From UHGV virus genome UHGV-0213312: a DNA stretch of 33,285 nucleotides. The stretch is one strand, 5' to 3'. Source of the stretch: a virus. Below, piece after piece: positions 25,277 through 33,285 of this stretch. Below the pieces are notes generated by a model. That model worked only from the letters and a program-made list of their open reading frames with translations. It was not told where the DNA came from and made no database searches. The number at the start of each line of letters is the position of its first letter. The stretch's first letter is position 1. Made by a program: the position numbers and the translations under genes.

Positions 25277-26272
25277 ATGCCAACATTTTCAGGACGAAAA
25301 GTTGCCGTCGGTATCGGGCTGGAAGATCCGAACGACAAAGGCAAAGCAGTCGCGCCAACGTATGGTGCGCCACACCTCGATATTAGTTTTAAGGATTCGC
25401 CAACCAGCAAGATGAACGAGTCGGCGCTCGGCACGATCATCAAAAATAATGGTAAAACCGACGTGCTGGTAGAGGGCGACGGCTCGATCTCGACGAAGTT
25501 GTGGGTCAAGGGGCTGTACTACTGGCTGGCGCTAGCATTTGGACAGAAACCAACCACCACTGGTGTACAGGGTGATACTACCGCTAAAGAGCATCTGTTT
25601 ACGCTGAGGGACGACAACAACCACATCTCGGCGACCATGACGATTAAAGAGCCGAACCTATCAGCGCAATTCGCCTACGCTATGGCAGATTCTGTAACGT
25701 TTACATGGACACCTGACGACTTTCCAAAAGTGGAAGTAGCGTTTAAGTCACATAAAAGCAAAGAAACTAATAGCAGTAATGTAACATACACCATCGATGA
25801 TACTGAATTCCTACCGAAGCACGCGATGTTTAAGATTGCGGATGATCTTGCAGGGCTTGATGCGGCGCCTGAGGCAAAAGACATTAAGAGCCTGACGCTA
25901 ACGATCACTAAAAACTTGCAGCCGCAGCAGACTATGGATTCCAAGGACACCTACGGCGAGATTTTGAACGGCGAACTCGAAGTGTCAATATCCATCGAGA
26001 AACTGTACCGCGATAAAACCTACCGCGCAATGAGTTATAACGACGAGCGCAAGGCGTTGCGAGTAGCGTTTATTGATGATAAGAACAAGGCTGGCACGAA
26101 AACCAACACCAGCTTGACGTTCGACATCGCGGTTGCGGCATTCAGCGGCTATGAGCCAAGCTACGGTGTGAGCGACATTGCCACCGAGAAAATCGATGCA
26201 GTTATGTTGCTCAACACGGCTGATTTTAACAAATCGATTACTGCGAGATTGGTTAATAAGTACACCTATTAG
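25277..26272 (+). CDS. Major tail tube protein
   Basis: 'VGIGLE..G.AVAPT', 'VEGDGSI', 'EHLFT'; upstream of the chaperone and tape measure genes. Confidence 0.8.
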   Translation: MPTFSGRKVAVGIGLEDPNDKGKAVAPTYGAPHLDISFKDSPTSKMNESALGTIIKNNGKTDVLVEGDGSISTKLWVKGLYYWLALAFGQKPTTTGVQGDTTAKEHLFTLRDDNNHISATMTIKEPNLSAQFAYAMADSVTFTWTPDDFPKVEVAFKSHKSKETNSSNVTYTIDDTEFLPKHAMFKIADDLAGLDAAPEAKDIKSLTLTITKNLQPQQTMDSKDTYGEILNGELEVSISIEKLYRDKTYRAMSYNDERKALRVAFIDDKNKAGTKTNTSLTFDIAVAAFSGYEPSYGVSDIATEKIDAVMLLNTADFNKSITARLVNKYTY

Positions 26273-26290
26273 TAATGGTTTGCTGAATAG

Positions 26291-26317
26291 AAAAGCCCGC
26301 AGGTTATGCGGGCTTTT
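26291..26317. terminator. Bidirectional intrinsic terminator
   Basis: AAAAGCCCGCA-ggtta-TGCGGGCTTTT between convergent genes. Confidence 0.85.
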
Positions 26318-26319
26318 AT

Positions 26320-27351
26320 TTATCGTCGGCGATAACTCTCGCAGGCAACACCGTCGCCGTCTCTATCGAGGTTTGGCGAATAGCCAGGCTCGCCGCGGCG
26401 CATATTGCTGTAGCCTGCGGCGTGTGCCTCTTTGCAGCTGCTGAAACTTACATCACCACCAGGTTGAGTCTGCTGCGGAGCGGGAGCAGCGGGTACGGCT
26501 GGTTGTGCTACTGATTTTTCCGTATCGCCAGAGCAGGTAGTCGGCGACCACAAGCCCTTGTTTTCCTCTCGCGCTAGTCGCTGAGCTTCGCGAAATTGTG
26601 ACTGCCACCTGTGTGGGTTTGAATTGTATGTGTATTCATGCCCGTAACCCTCGCGGATCATCGTGTAGGCGACATTTGTGCCGTCCTCAAGATAGACGTA
26701 GAATAAATCACGGCCGTATTTGTCTCTGCTACTTTGGGTGGTGTCAGCAACTAGATAAACAGTTTTGCCGGCTACCAGATCGTTCATTTTTTGGGACGCC
26801 TCTTTACCAAAGCATTGAACAGGTTTGCGTGGGTGCTTTGTTTCTGGGGTGTCAATTCCAACAAGGCGTATTTTATTGTGTTTTGATGTGCGGATCGTAT
26901 CGCCGTCTATTACTTCTGTTACAGTATCTTTCTCACCTTGCTTGAAATTGACATCTTGAGCTAGCTTATCATCGAACTTTGGCGTCTCTGGCTTTTTTTC
27001 TGGCTGTTTTTGTTGCGACTGTTCGTTTTTAGTTTGCTGAGTGTTGGCGGATTGCTTTTCTGCTTCGCGAACTTGAGTCAGCATGGGTCCTCCTATACTA
27101 AATAAGACAACAACGAGACAGAAGGCTACGACACGAGAAATCTTGGATATTTTCTTCCACTTAAAAATAGTGATTCCGAGTAGTATGATGCTGGCGAGCA
27201 TTAACGTTGTAGCTACGGACTCTTTTAGCCCGCTTGGCAGCCAACATAGGAATATAAGAATTATTGCGACAATGAACCATATTGGTGTCAACTTTCTCCA
27301 ATCTGGTCTGTTATCGTTTGTATTTTTATTGATAGGTTTCAGTGATTTCAT
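26320..27351 (-). CDS. Membrane-anchored thermonuclease (SNase) with C-terminal Excalibur domain; moron
   Basis: Three N-terminal TM segments; 'VIDGDTI', 'IRLVGIDTPE', 'DKYGR'; 'CKEA..AG...GEPGYSPNLDRDGDGVACE'. Confidence 0.9.
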   Translation of the reverse strand: MKSLKPINKNTNDNRPDWRKLTPIWFIVAIILIFLCWLPSGLKESVATTLMLASIILLGITIFKWKKISKISRVVAFCLVVVLFSIGGPMLTQVREAEKQSANTQQTKNEQSQQKQPEKKPETPKFDDKLAQDVNFKQGEKDTVTEVIDGDTIRTSKHNKIRLVGIDTPETKHPRKPVQCFGKEASQKMNDLVAGKTVYLVADTTQSSRDKYGRDLFYVYLEDGTNVAYTMIREGYGHEYTYNSNPHRWQSQFREAQRLAREENKGLWSPTTCSGDTEKSVAQPAVPAAPAPQQTQPGGDVSFSSCKEAHAAGYSNMRRGEPGYSPNLDRDGDGVACESYRRR

Positions 27352-27373
27352 ATTATGAATTATAGAAGCAATT

Positions 27374-27446
27374 TGGTATAATACAAGTAATAAGTTGCGA
27401 TCGCTTCGGTCGCAATTTTTCTTTTGCCACAAGAGTGGTCGCTTTT
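27374..27446 (+). promoter_or_regulatory. Extended -10 promoter plus leader switch (tape measure operon copy)
   Basis: TGGTATAAT, TTGCGATCG-ctt-CGGTCGCAA, TTTTTCTTTT; alternative partner GTGGTCGC at 27435-27442. Confidence 0.75.
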
Positions 27447-27463
27447 AATTAAGGAGGCTACTC

Positions 27464-27742
27464 ATGCAAGACACGAAAACTATCCAACTACCAAGCGGAG
27501 GGGAGGCGGTTTTACGAACGGCGATCACTAATCGTACACGAAAAGAATTTGCAAAAGCTAAAGACGATATCGACTTAGCTATTGAGCTGGGGCTCAAGGC
27601 GGTGTTGCTGCGATATAAGGATGCCGACGGATCAGACGCTGCTTACGAAGCATTGATGGATTCAACTAGTGGTGAAGACTTCAATGTGATTTCTGAATCC
27701 TTGCAAGAAATTTTGGATCCTAAATCAAGCCCAAAAGGATAA
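27464..27742 (+). CDS. Tail assembly chaperone (gpG-like)
   Basis: AAGGAGG SD; precedes the tape measure gene; ends at a slippery site. Confidence 0.8.
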   Translation: MQDTKTIQLPSGGEAVLRTAITNRTRKEFAKAKDDIDLAIELGLKAVLLRYKDADGSDAAYEALMDSTSGEDFNVISESLQEILDPKSSPKG

Positions 27743-27957
27743 CCACGCTTGCGCAAGACTACGAGCGGGCGTATCGAGCAAAAACTGCAGTTCCAGAACC
27801 GATAGTAATCGTAGGAATTCTCAAAGACTACGGCTGGACATATGAGGAGTATCTGGACACGCCCGAGTGGATTATAGAGGCAATCATGGCGAAGCGTGCT
27901 GTTGAGAATAAATTAGAAGCTGAGTCCTATAACAAACTAGCGAAGGGGCGTAGTTAG
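27464..27957 (+). CDS. Tail assembly chaperone, -1 frameshift product (gpGT-like)
   Basis: C CCA AAA heptamer at 27730-27736; the -1 frame runs RITTLAQDY...YGWTYEEYLDTPEW...KGRS* to 27957, 2 nt before the tape measure ATG. Confidence 0.8.
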
Positions 27958-27959
27958 CT

Positions 27960-29900
27960 ATGGCGAAAAATGAACTGACACTAACTATCAAAGGTGAGAC
28001 CTCTCAATTGCTTGCTGCCTTAAATAAAGCCGGATTTGCAATAGATAAATTTACGAAGAAGTCTGGCGATTCTGGCGATAAAACAAAAAATGCGTTCAGC
28101 GGGATCAGTGGTGCGGTTTCAGTGGCCGCCGGTAATTTAATATCGGCTGGCATCCATAAGGCCTTTGATATGATCAACAACTCTGTTGATGGTGCTATCC
28201 GCCGCGTGGACATTTTGAACAACTTCCCTAAAGTAATGAGTAACCTCGGCATATCTGCCGATGATTCAAAAAAAGCTATCACACGAATGGCCGATGCCCT
28301 GAGGGGTCTGCCAACCTCGCTAGATAGTGCAGCTGCGTCGGTTCAACGTCTGACATCAAAGAACGGTGACGTTGGCAAATCTACTGAAATGTTTCTGGCA
28401 CTCAACAATGCTATTCTAGCCGGCGGCGCACCAATGGACATCCAGGCTACAGCAATTGAGCAGATTTCTCAGGCCTACGCTAAAGGCAAGCCTGACATGA
28501 TGGAGTGGCGTGCACTACAGAGTGCCATGCCTGCACAGCTAAAACAAATTGCGCAGGCATTCTTCCAAAATGGGTCAGCTATAGATGAATACCTCAAAAA
28601 AGCAGAGGAATATGCCAAGAAAAATCCAATGTCATCAACAGGCAAGGAGCTTGTCGACCAATTAACCGCGGTTAAGAATGGCACTGGCGACATGACGACA
28701 GCACTGGGCACGGCGATGCGCACCGGCATTGTGTCTATGGATGATTTCATGAATACCCTCACAAAGATGAACAAAGAGGGAGTGAACGGATTTCAGAGTT
28801 TTGAGCAGCAGGCACGAAATAGTACAGGGGGCATACAGACGGCGATAGAAAACTCGAAGACTGCAGTGGTGCGTGGAATCGCAAAAATCATTGAGGCGTT
28901 TGGCAGCGGCAGCTTGGCTGAAACCGTTAGCGGCTTGGGGTCTGGTTTTGAAAAGGCACTTGATTCAGTGGCCGGTCTAATAAAATTTGTGAAAGATAAT
29001 AGTGCAGTATTCACAGTAATAGCAGTTGGGGTTGGGGTATTCACTGGCGCAGTAGTCGCATACAATACCGCTGTATGGCTAGCTAGCGCAGCCTCTAAAG
29101 CCTGGACTGTCGCGACACAAATCGCTACTGGAGTACAATGGCTGTTCAATGCCGCACTGAATGCCAACCCCTTAACGCTCTTAGTCGTAGCGATAGCAGC
29201 AGTTGTGGCCGGAATAGTCTGGTTTTTTACACAAACAGAAACTGGCAAGAATATTTGGAATGGCTTTGTAGAAGTTTTATCATCAACAATTTCGTCAATA
29301 GGTCAGTGGTTTAAGGGGCTTTGGGACGGTATAGTGTCTATCTTCAGTGGTGTGGCTGGCTGGTTCGGTGGCATATTTCAGGGTGCATGGAACGCTATAA
29401 CCGGCATTTTTGGCAGGCTCGGTGGTTTCTTTGGCGGGGTATGGAATAGCATTACTGGAATGTTCGGCAGGCTGGGTAGCTTTGTTGGGGATGCTATTGG
29501 TGGTGCAGTTAAAGGTGCAGTCAATGGTGCGCTAGGCATGGTAGAGCGTATGGCAAATGGATTCATCGGTATGATTAACGGAGCAATCGGGCTGATTAAT
29601 AAGATCCCAGGAGTGAACATCGGCAATATTCCAAGTTTACACCTTCCACGTTTGGCAACTGGTGGTATCGTCACGCCACAAGGTGGTGGCTCAATCATTT
29701 ACGCCGGCGATGGCGGCCAGAATGAATGGGTCGTGCCTGAAAGCAAAATGGCGAGCCTGGTTGAACAGATCAACAGACGACGCAGTGGTGACGGTGGTAT
29801 GACAAAACATATAACCGTAAATAACACCTACAACGTGCGTGACAAGGTCGACGCACAGATGGTTGCAAGTGATTTGGGATATTTATTGAGTCAGGCGTAG
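27960..29900 (+). CDS. Tape measure protein
   Basis: Ala/Gly-rich 646 aa; 'QISQAYAKGK..EWRAL', 'ALNANP', periodic W/F repeats. Confidence 0.93.
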   Translation: MAKNELTLTIKGETSQLLAALNKAGFAIDKFTKKSGDSGDKTKNAFSGISGAVSVAAGNLISAGIHKAFDMINNSVDGAIRRVDILNNFPKVMSNLGISADDSKKAITRMADALRGLPTSLDSAAASVQRLTSKNGDVGKSTEMFLALNNAILAGGAPMDIQATAIEQISQAYAKGKPDMMEWRALQSAMPAQLKQIAQAFFQNGSAIDEYLKKAEEYAKKNPMSSTGKELVDQLTAVKNGTGDMTTALGTAMRTGIVSMDDFMNTLTKMNKEGVNGFQSFEQQARNSTGGIQTAIENSKTAVVRGIAKIIEAFGSGSLAETVSGLGSGFEKALDSVAGLIKFVKDNSAVFTVIAVGVGVFTGAVVAYNTAVWLASAASKAWTVATQIATGVQWLFNAALNANPLTLLVVAIAAVVAGIVWFFTQTETGKNIWNGFVEVLSSTISSIGQWFKGLWDGIVSIFSGVAGWFGGIFQGAWNAITGIFGRLGGFFGGVWNSITGMFGRLGSFVGDAIGGAVKGAVNGALGMVERMANGFIGMINGAIGLINKIPGVNIGNIPSLHLPRLATGGIVTPQGGGSIIYAGDGGQNEWVVPESKMASLVEQINRRRSGDGGMTKHITVNNTYNVRDKVDAQMVASDLGYLLSQA

Positions 29901-29909
29901 GAGGCGATT

Positions 29910-30749
29910 ATGTGGCAAGTATTTTTGAACGATTTTCAGATAAACGATCAGCTCATCGGCATGCACCTGGATGAGCCGATTGAGGGCTTAGCGGGGTTGC
30001 CTGCAATTCGCACATCACAAGGAATTAACCTTGGGCGAAATGGCGGCTGGACGACAAAACAACTGTATGAGCCACGTTTTATTTCATTTAGTGGGCGGAT
30101 TTTCGGCAGGACAGTACGAGAAACTGAAGAACGGCGTCGAGAGTTTGCTACCGTATTGGCTCAACTGGTAAAAAATAAAGGTACTTTGCGAGTGGTAACG
30201 CCCGGCGGGCAGGTATATTCGACAGAAGTGGCACTTATCGGCGTTGAAATGCCAATCGAAAAACTGCTCAATTTGGTGAAATGGAAAATCAATCTCAAAG
30301 CAGATGACCCATTGCTCTATGACAACAGTGACGGCGAGCTGTTAGCGACAATCCGCAAGACGCGTCAGGGCGGATTTATTATACCATTCACGCTACCCCT
30401 GTACATCAGTCCAGATGAGCAGCCAGCGACGGTCAATAATTCTGGGAACGAGACAATACTACCAAATATAATCATCCATACCAAAGCAACTAATCCGAAG
30501 CTAATAAACCGTACAACAAATCAGACAATGGAGCTCATTTTGACGGTCAGCGCGAGCGGCAAGCTGGAAATTGATATGAAAAACAAGACGATTATTTTGG
30601 ACGGCATGAATGTGTACGATTCGCAGGCTGCCGGCTCGAGCTTCTGGGGATTAGTACCCGGCGACAACATGATTGAGTTGCAAACTGACGAGCAAGACGA
30701 GCAGACAGAAGCAGAGCTGCGATTTAGGAGCGGATACATAGGGATTTGA
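29910..30749 (+). CDS. Distal tail protein (Dit)
   Basis: Follows the tape measure gene; 'PRFISFSG', 'ADDPLLY', 'NSGN...P', 'FWGLVPGDN'. Confidence 0.85.
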   Translation: MWQVFLNDFQINDQLIGMHLDEPIEGLAGLPAIRTSQGINLGRNGGWTTKQLYEPRFISFSGRIFGRTVRETEERRREFATVLAQLVKNKGTLRVVTPGGQVYSTEVALIGVEMPIEKLLNLVKWKINLKADDPLLYDNSDGELLATIRKTRQGGFIIPFTLPLYISPDEQPATVNNSGNETILPNIIIHTKATNPKLINRTTNQTMELILTVSASGKLEIDMKNKTIILDGMNVYDSQAAGSSFWGLVPGDNMIELQTDEQDEQTEAELRFRSGYIGI

Positions 30750-30752
30750 ACC

Positions 30753-31838
30753 ATGGCAGAGTACAAGATTGAGGTTTACAGCAAGAATGGAAAATGCCTC
30801 GGCGATATTCGCCATTTGGCACAGGGGCTAAAATGGACTGAGCAGCGCAACGCCGCCGAGACAGTGAGTTTTCGGATGGATCTGGCGCGATATGAGGAAT
30901 ATGTCAAAAAAACCGGCATGCGGCCGTATGATTTTATGGATGCCGGCACGACAGACATTAGAGTTGTGCGCAACGGCAAGGATAGAGTCGGTGCACACCT
31001 GATAAAAACGGTGTTTTCGCCGAATGATCCATCAGTTGATATTGAGCTGAGCTTTACTGGCTACCTTAATTATTTTAAGGACGCTTATGTGGATGCTGAT
31101 TATGACAAAACTGGACAAGGCGACATTGCTTGGGGCGTAATAAATCAGTACCAGGGAAAGCAGGATGGAGATTTCGGTATTCGGCGCGGTAGGTTTACAT
31201 CACTCGGCAAAAATCCACGCCAACGTCATCAGAAGCGGGCAAATGTGAAAGACTTTCTGGTGCGGCTGAGTAATGTCATTGACGGCCCAGATTTTCAGTT
31301 TACGCCTGATAAAAAGTTCAACACGTTTGACGCTATGGGAAGCTATCGTCCAGATATTCGATTGAGCTACCCAGGCAATGTGGCCAGCTTTGGATTTGAG
31401 CGAAGTGTAGATAGCCTGGCTAATTATGTGATTGGTATTGGTAGCGGTAACGGCGATGATGCACCGAGTACATACGCCACCGATCCGTATTCACGCAAGG
31501 CACTGTATCGTCGTGAGAAAATTGTAACATTTAGCTCGGTCGTTCGTGAGACGACTTTGCAAGAAAATACAAATGGCGTACTAGAACTACTAAAAGACGT
31601 GCGCGAGCTGCCGAGCTTTACGCTATCTGACGGTGTGCTTGATTTAAACGATGTGGGTCTCGGCGACACAATCTATATTGAGATGAATGGATATATCATG
31701 TTCGAGCACATTCGTGGATTCTACCGTATTGAAAAAATTGAGGTTGACGTAGATGAAAATGATGCCGAAGAGGTAACTCTGACCTTTGATAATTTAAGCG
31801 TGGATGACATCATCGCGCAGCAGGAAGAAGATGAGTAG
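30753..31838 (+). CDS. Baseplate hub / minor tail protein (Tal/Gp37-like)
   Basis: Follows Dit; 'ANYVIGIGSG', 'LGDTI..YRIEKIEV'. Confidence 0.75.
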   Translation: MAEYKIEVYSKNGKCLGDIRHLAQGLKWTEQRNAAETVSFRMDLARYEEYVKKTGMRPYDFMDAGTTDIRVVRNGKDRVGAHLIKTVFSPNDPSVDIELSFTGYLNYFKDAYVDADYDKTGQGDIAWGVINQYQGKQDGDFGIRRGRFTSLGKNPRQRHQKRANVKDFLVRLSNVIDGPDFQFTPDKKFNTFDAMGSYRPDIRLSYPGNVASFGFERSVDSLANYVIGIGSGNGDDAPSTYATDPYSRKALYRREKIVTFSSVVRETTLQENTNGVLELLKDVRELPSFTLSDGVLDLNDVGLGDTIYIEMNGYIMFEHIRGFYRIEKIEVDVDENDAEEVTLTFDNLSVDDIIAQQEEDE

Positions 31839-32421
31839 ATTAACTGAGCTAGAAGAGCAAACTGCCATTGGGCTACTGGCACGATTACGCGCACAGCAAG
31901 CTGAGATGAAAGTAACTCCGCAGCTGACGAGCGTAAAGTCGGGCATCCAAACGTACCAGGTGCCTGAAAATAATTTGTGGGATGAGTTTGACTTTGTGCA
32001 GGTTGTCAATGGCGTAGAGCAGGTGACGCGAACGCGGGTGGCGGAGTTGCCAGGGACTGGCAGTTTACAAACCCCTAAGATGCTGGAGGTTACGACGATA
32101 TATACGCCGAAATATCAGGATTCGCCGGTAGTATATCCGTATCTGGTGTTATCGCTTGGCGGTCAAGATTGGCAGCCAAGATATTCACCGTCGTTTGGAC
32201 TGAGCTTTGGATTACCTAGCGATGGCAGCAGTAACTCGATATACTCAACGCAGTATTTGTTGGATCATACGGACTATTCTGCCAGAAAGATTATATCGAC
32301 ATATATGACAAATGCACATTACGCGACAATGGGCAGTGACGAGGTAAAGCTGCGCGTACGCTTCCGCTTGCGTAGTACTGATAGGGGCAAAACATCAGTG
32401 AAGGTGAAATTGTATGGCTAA
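31831..32421 (+). CDS. Minor tail protein (paralogue 1)
   Basis: Overlaps the upstream stop; N-terminal helix plus 'K.TPQL' motif. Confidence 0.6.
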   Translation: MSRLTELEEQTAIGLLARLRAQQAEMKVTPQLTSVKSGIQTYQVPENNLWDEFDFVQVVNGVEQVTRTRVAELPGTGSLQTPKMLEVTTIYTPKYQDSPVVYPYLVLSLGGQDWQPRYSPSFGLSFGLPSDGSSNSIYSTQYLLDHTDYSARKIISTYMTNAHYATMGSDEVKLRVRFRLRSTDRGKTSVKVKLYG

Positions 32422-32857
32422 AAGCAGATTAAACATGAACGATTACATCACAGAGATAAAAGCGCTGGAGCGGGAGCTGAATGATGAGAAAACACCACAG
32501 CTTGTCGGCTCAGAGCAGATTGTGATGAAGCTGTCTGAGACAAACAGCCGCTGGGACATGTCAATCACGCCATACAGACAGGGGCAGGCGTTGAGCAATG
32601 ATGGTTGGAATGTCTGCATTGTTACCGCTAGAGCCTTGAACTCTGGTAATTTGGTGGCAAGTTTGGCGGTTGAGTCCAGCGCCGAATCCGCGCTTGAAGA
32701 AATGATTGACATTCCACTGCCGCCAAGCCAATCCAGTATGAAAAAGTGGTTTATACCAGTTTTCGGACCAAGAATACAGCCAATACAGCTCAAATTTCAA
32801 GTAATTGCAAATGATGATTGTTCAATCAACTTTGAGGAGTGGACACCATGGTGGTGA
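32414..32857 (+). CDS. Minor tail protein (paralogue 2)
   Basis: N-terminal 'EIKALERELNDEKTPQLVG'. Confidence 0.6.
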   Translation: MAKSRLNMNDYITEIKALERELNDEKTPQLVGSEQIVMKLSETNSRWDMSITPYRQGQALSNDGWNVCIVTARALNSGNLVASLAVESSAESALEEMIDIPLPPSQSSMKKWFIPVFGPRIQPIQLKFQVIANDDCSINFEEWTPWW

Positions 32858-33273
32858 ATCGAGTTAATTCGCAGCCAAATCTCTTGCGTGAATTGAAAGA
32901 TTTGGAGCGCCGGCAGCGCGAGAAAAAAGAGTTGCAGATTGTCGGAGCGGATGCCGTCAGGACGTTTTTGATAAAAACAGGGAATACGTGGGACTGCGAC
33001 GAAACATTACCGCTATCTCCTGATTTGACACGTCAGAGAGAATTTATAGTAACATTTTGCCCAAATAATAAGGCCGCAGGATTGGATTTACATGTAAAAA
33101 GCGAACTGGTTGGAGTACCGAATGTTAAGCCATGGATAACATCTGTACGCCGACGCGTGACAGACATAAAATCGCAACAATGGCGTGTACGAGTTGAGTA
33201 TTACGGAGACCAGGCTGTGAGGGTTAAGTTTTTTGTCTCGGCGACAGGTAGAGGAACGTTATCTGTGATATAA
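32848..33273 (+). CDS. Minor tail protein (paralogue 3)
   Basis: GAGGAG SD; N-terminal 'ELKDLERRQREKKELQIVG'. Confidence 0.6.
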   Translation: MVVNRVNSQPNLLRELKDLERRQREKKELQIVGADAVRTFLIKTGNTWDCDETLPLSPDLTRQREFIVTFCPNNKAAGLDLHVKSELVGVPNVKPWITSVRRRVTDIKSQQWRVRVEYYGDQAVRVKFFVSATGRGTLSVI

Positions 33274-33285
33274 TAGAGTCAATAA
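33264..33285 (+). promoter_or_regulatory. Extended -10 promoter of the tail fibre gene (element continues at 1-48)
   Basis: TGTGATATAAT overlaps the last stop codon; joined to position 1 it gives the usual 12-nt spacing to TTGCGACC-gttc-GGTGGCAA followed by TTTTTCTT. Confidence 0.75.

Noticed and set aside
27352..27432. N-terminal extension of the nuclease ORF
   Set aside because: It runs through the + strand promoter/hairpin element; ATG 27351 fits a leaderless promoter better.
28793..29698. Periodic Gly/Phe/Trp repeats as a separate element
   Set aside because: Ordinary tape-measure protein periodicity.
84..32800. The many short minus-strand ORFs in the track
   Set aside because: They are shadows of well-supported + strand genes, with no SD or recognisable motifs.
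1..33285. Alternative genetic code (stop-codon reassignment)
   Set aside because: Core genes are full length in code 11, and TAA, TAG and TGA all end genes at sensible boundaries.

Overview
The window looks like an essentially complete, circularly permuted ~33.3 kb temperate siphovirus-like phage genome. It has a Mu-like head module, a non-contractile tail module, lysis genes, one tyrosine recombinase beside a full tRNA-Thr(GGT), and a RecE/Sak4/SSB recombination module. Almost all genes lie on the + strand. A promoter element split between the last and first bases supports circularity. The host cannot be established from the sequence; my impression of Saccharibacteria/CPR is unverified. Three non-coding architectures stand out. 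(1) A ~670-nt array (12484-13154) of five unrelated stem-closed cassettes, joined by a fixed AACT linker and enclosed by a perfect 19-bp inverted repeat; the first cassette is tRNA-like. (2) A promoter + TTGCG..CGC hairpin + U-tract leader placed before seven late transcription units, five of which also carry a downstream alternative pairing partner, suggesting an RNA switch. (3) A nested double-inversion tail-fibre shufflon with three alternative C-termini, whose outer segment would also flip the lysis cassette. Other points are a portal-MuF-ADP-ribosyltransferase fusion, two -1 frameshift candidates, an orphan KwaB/DUF4868-like gene and a membrane nuclease moron. All family calls come from motif recognition by eye; no database search was run.
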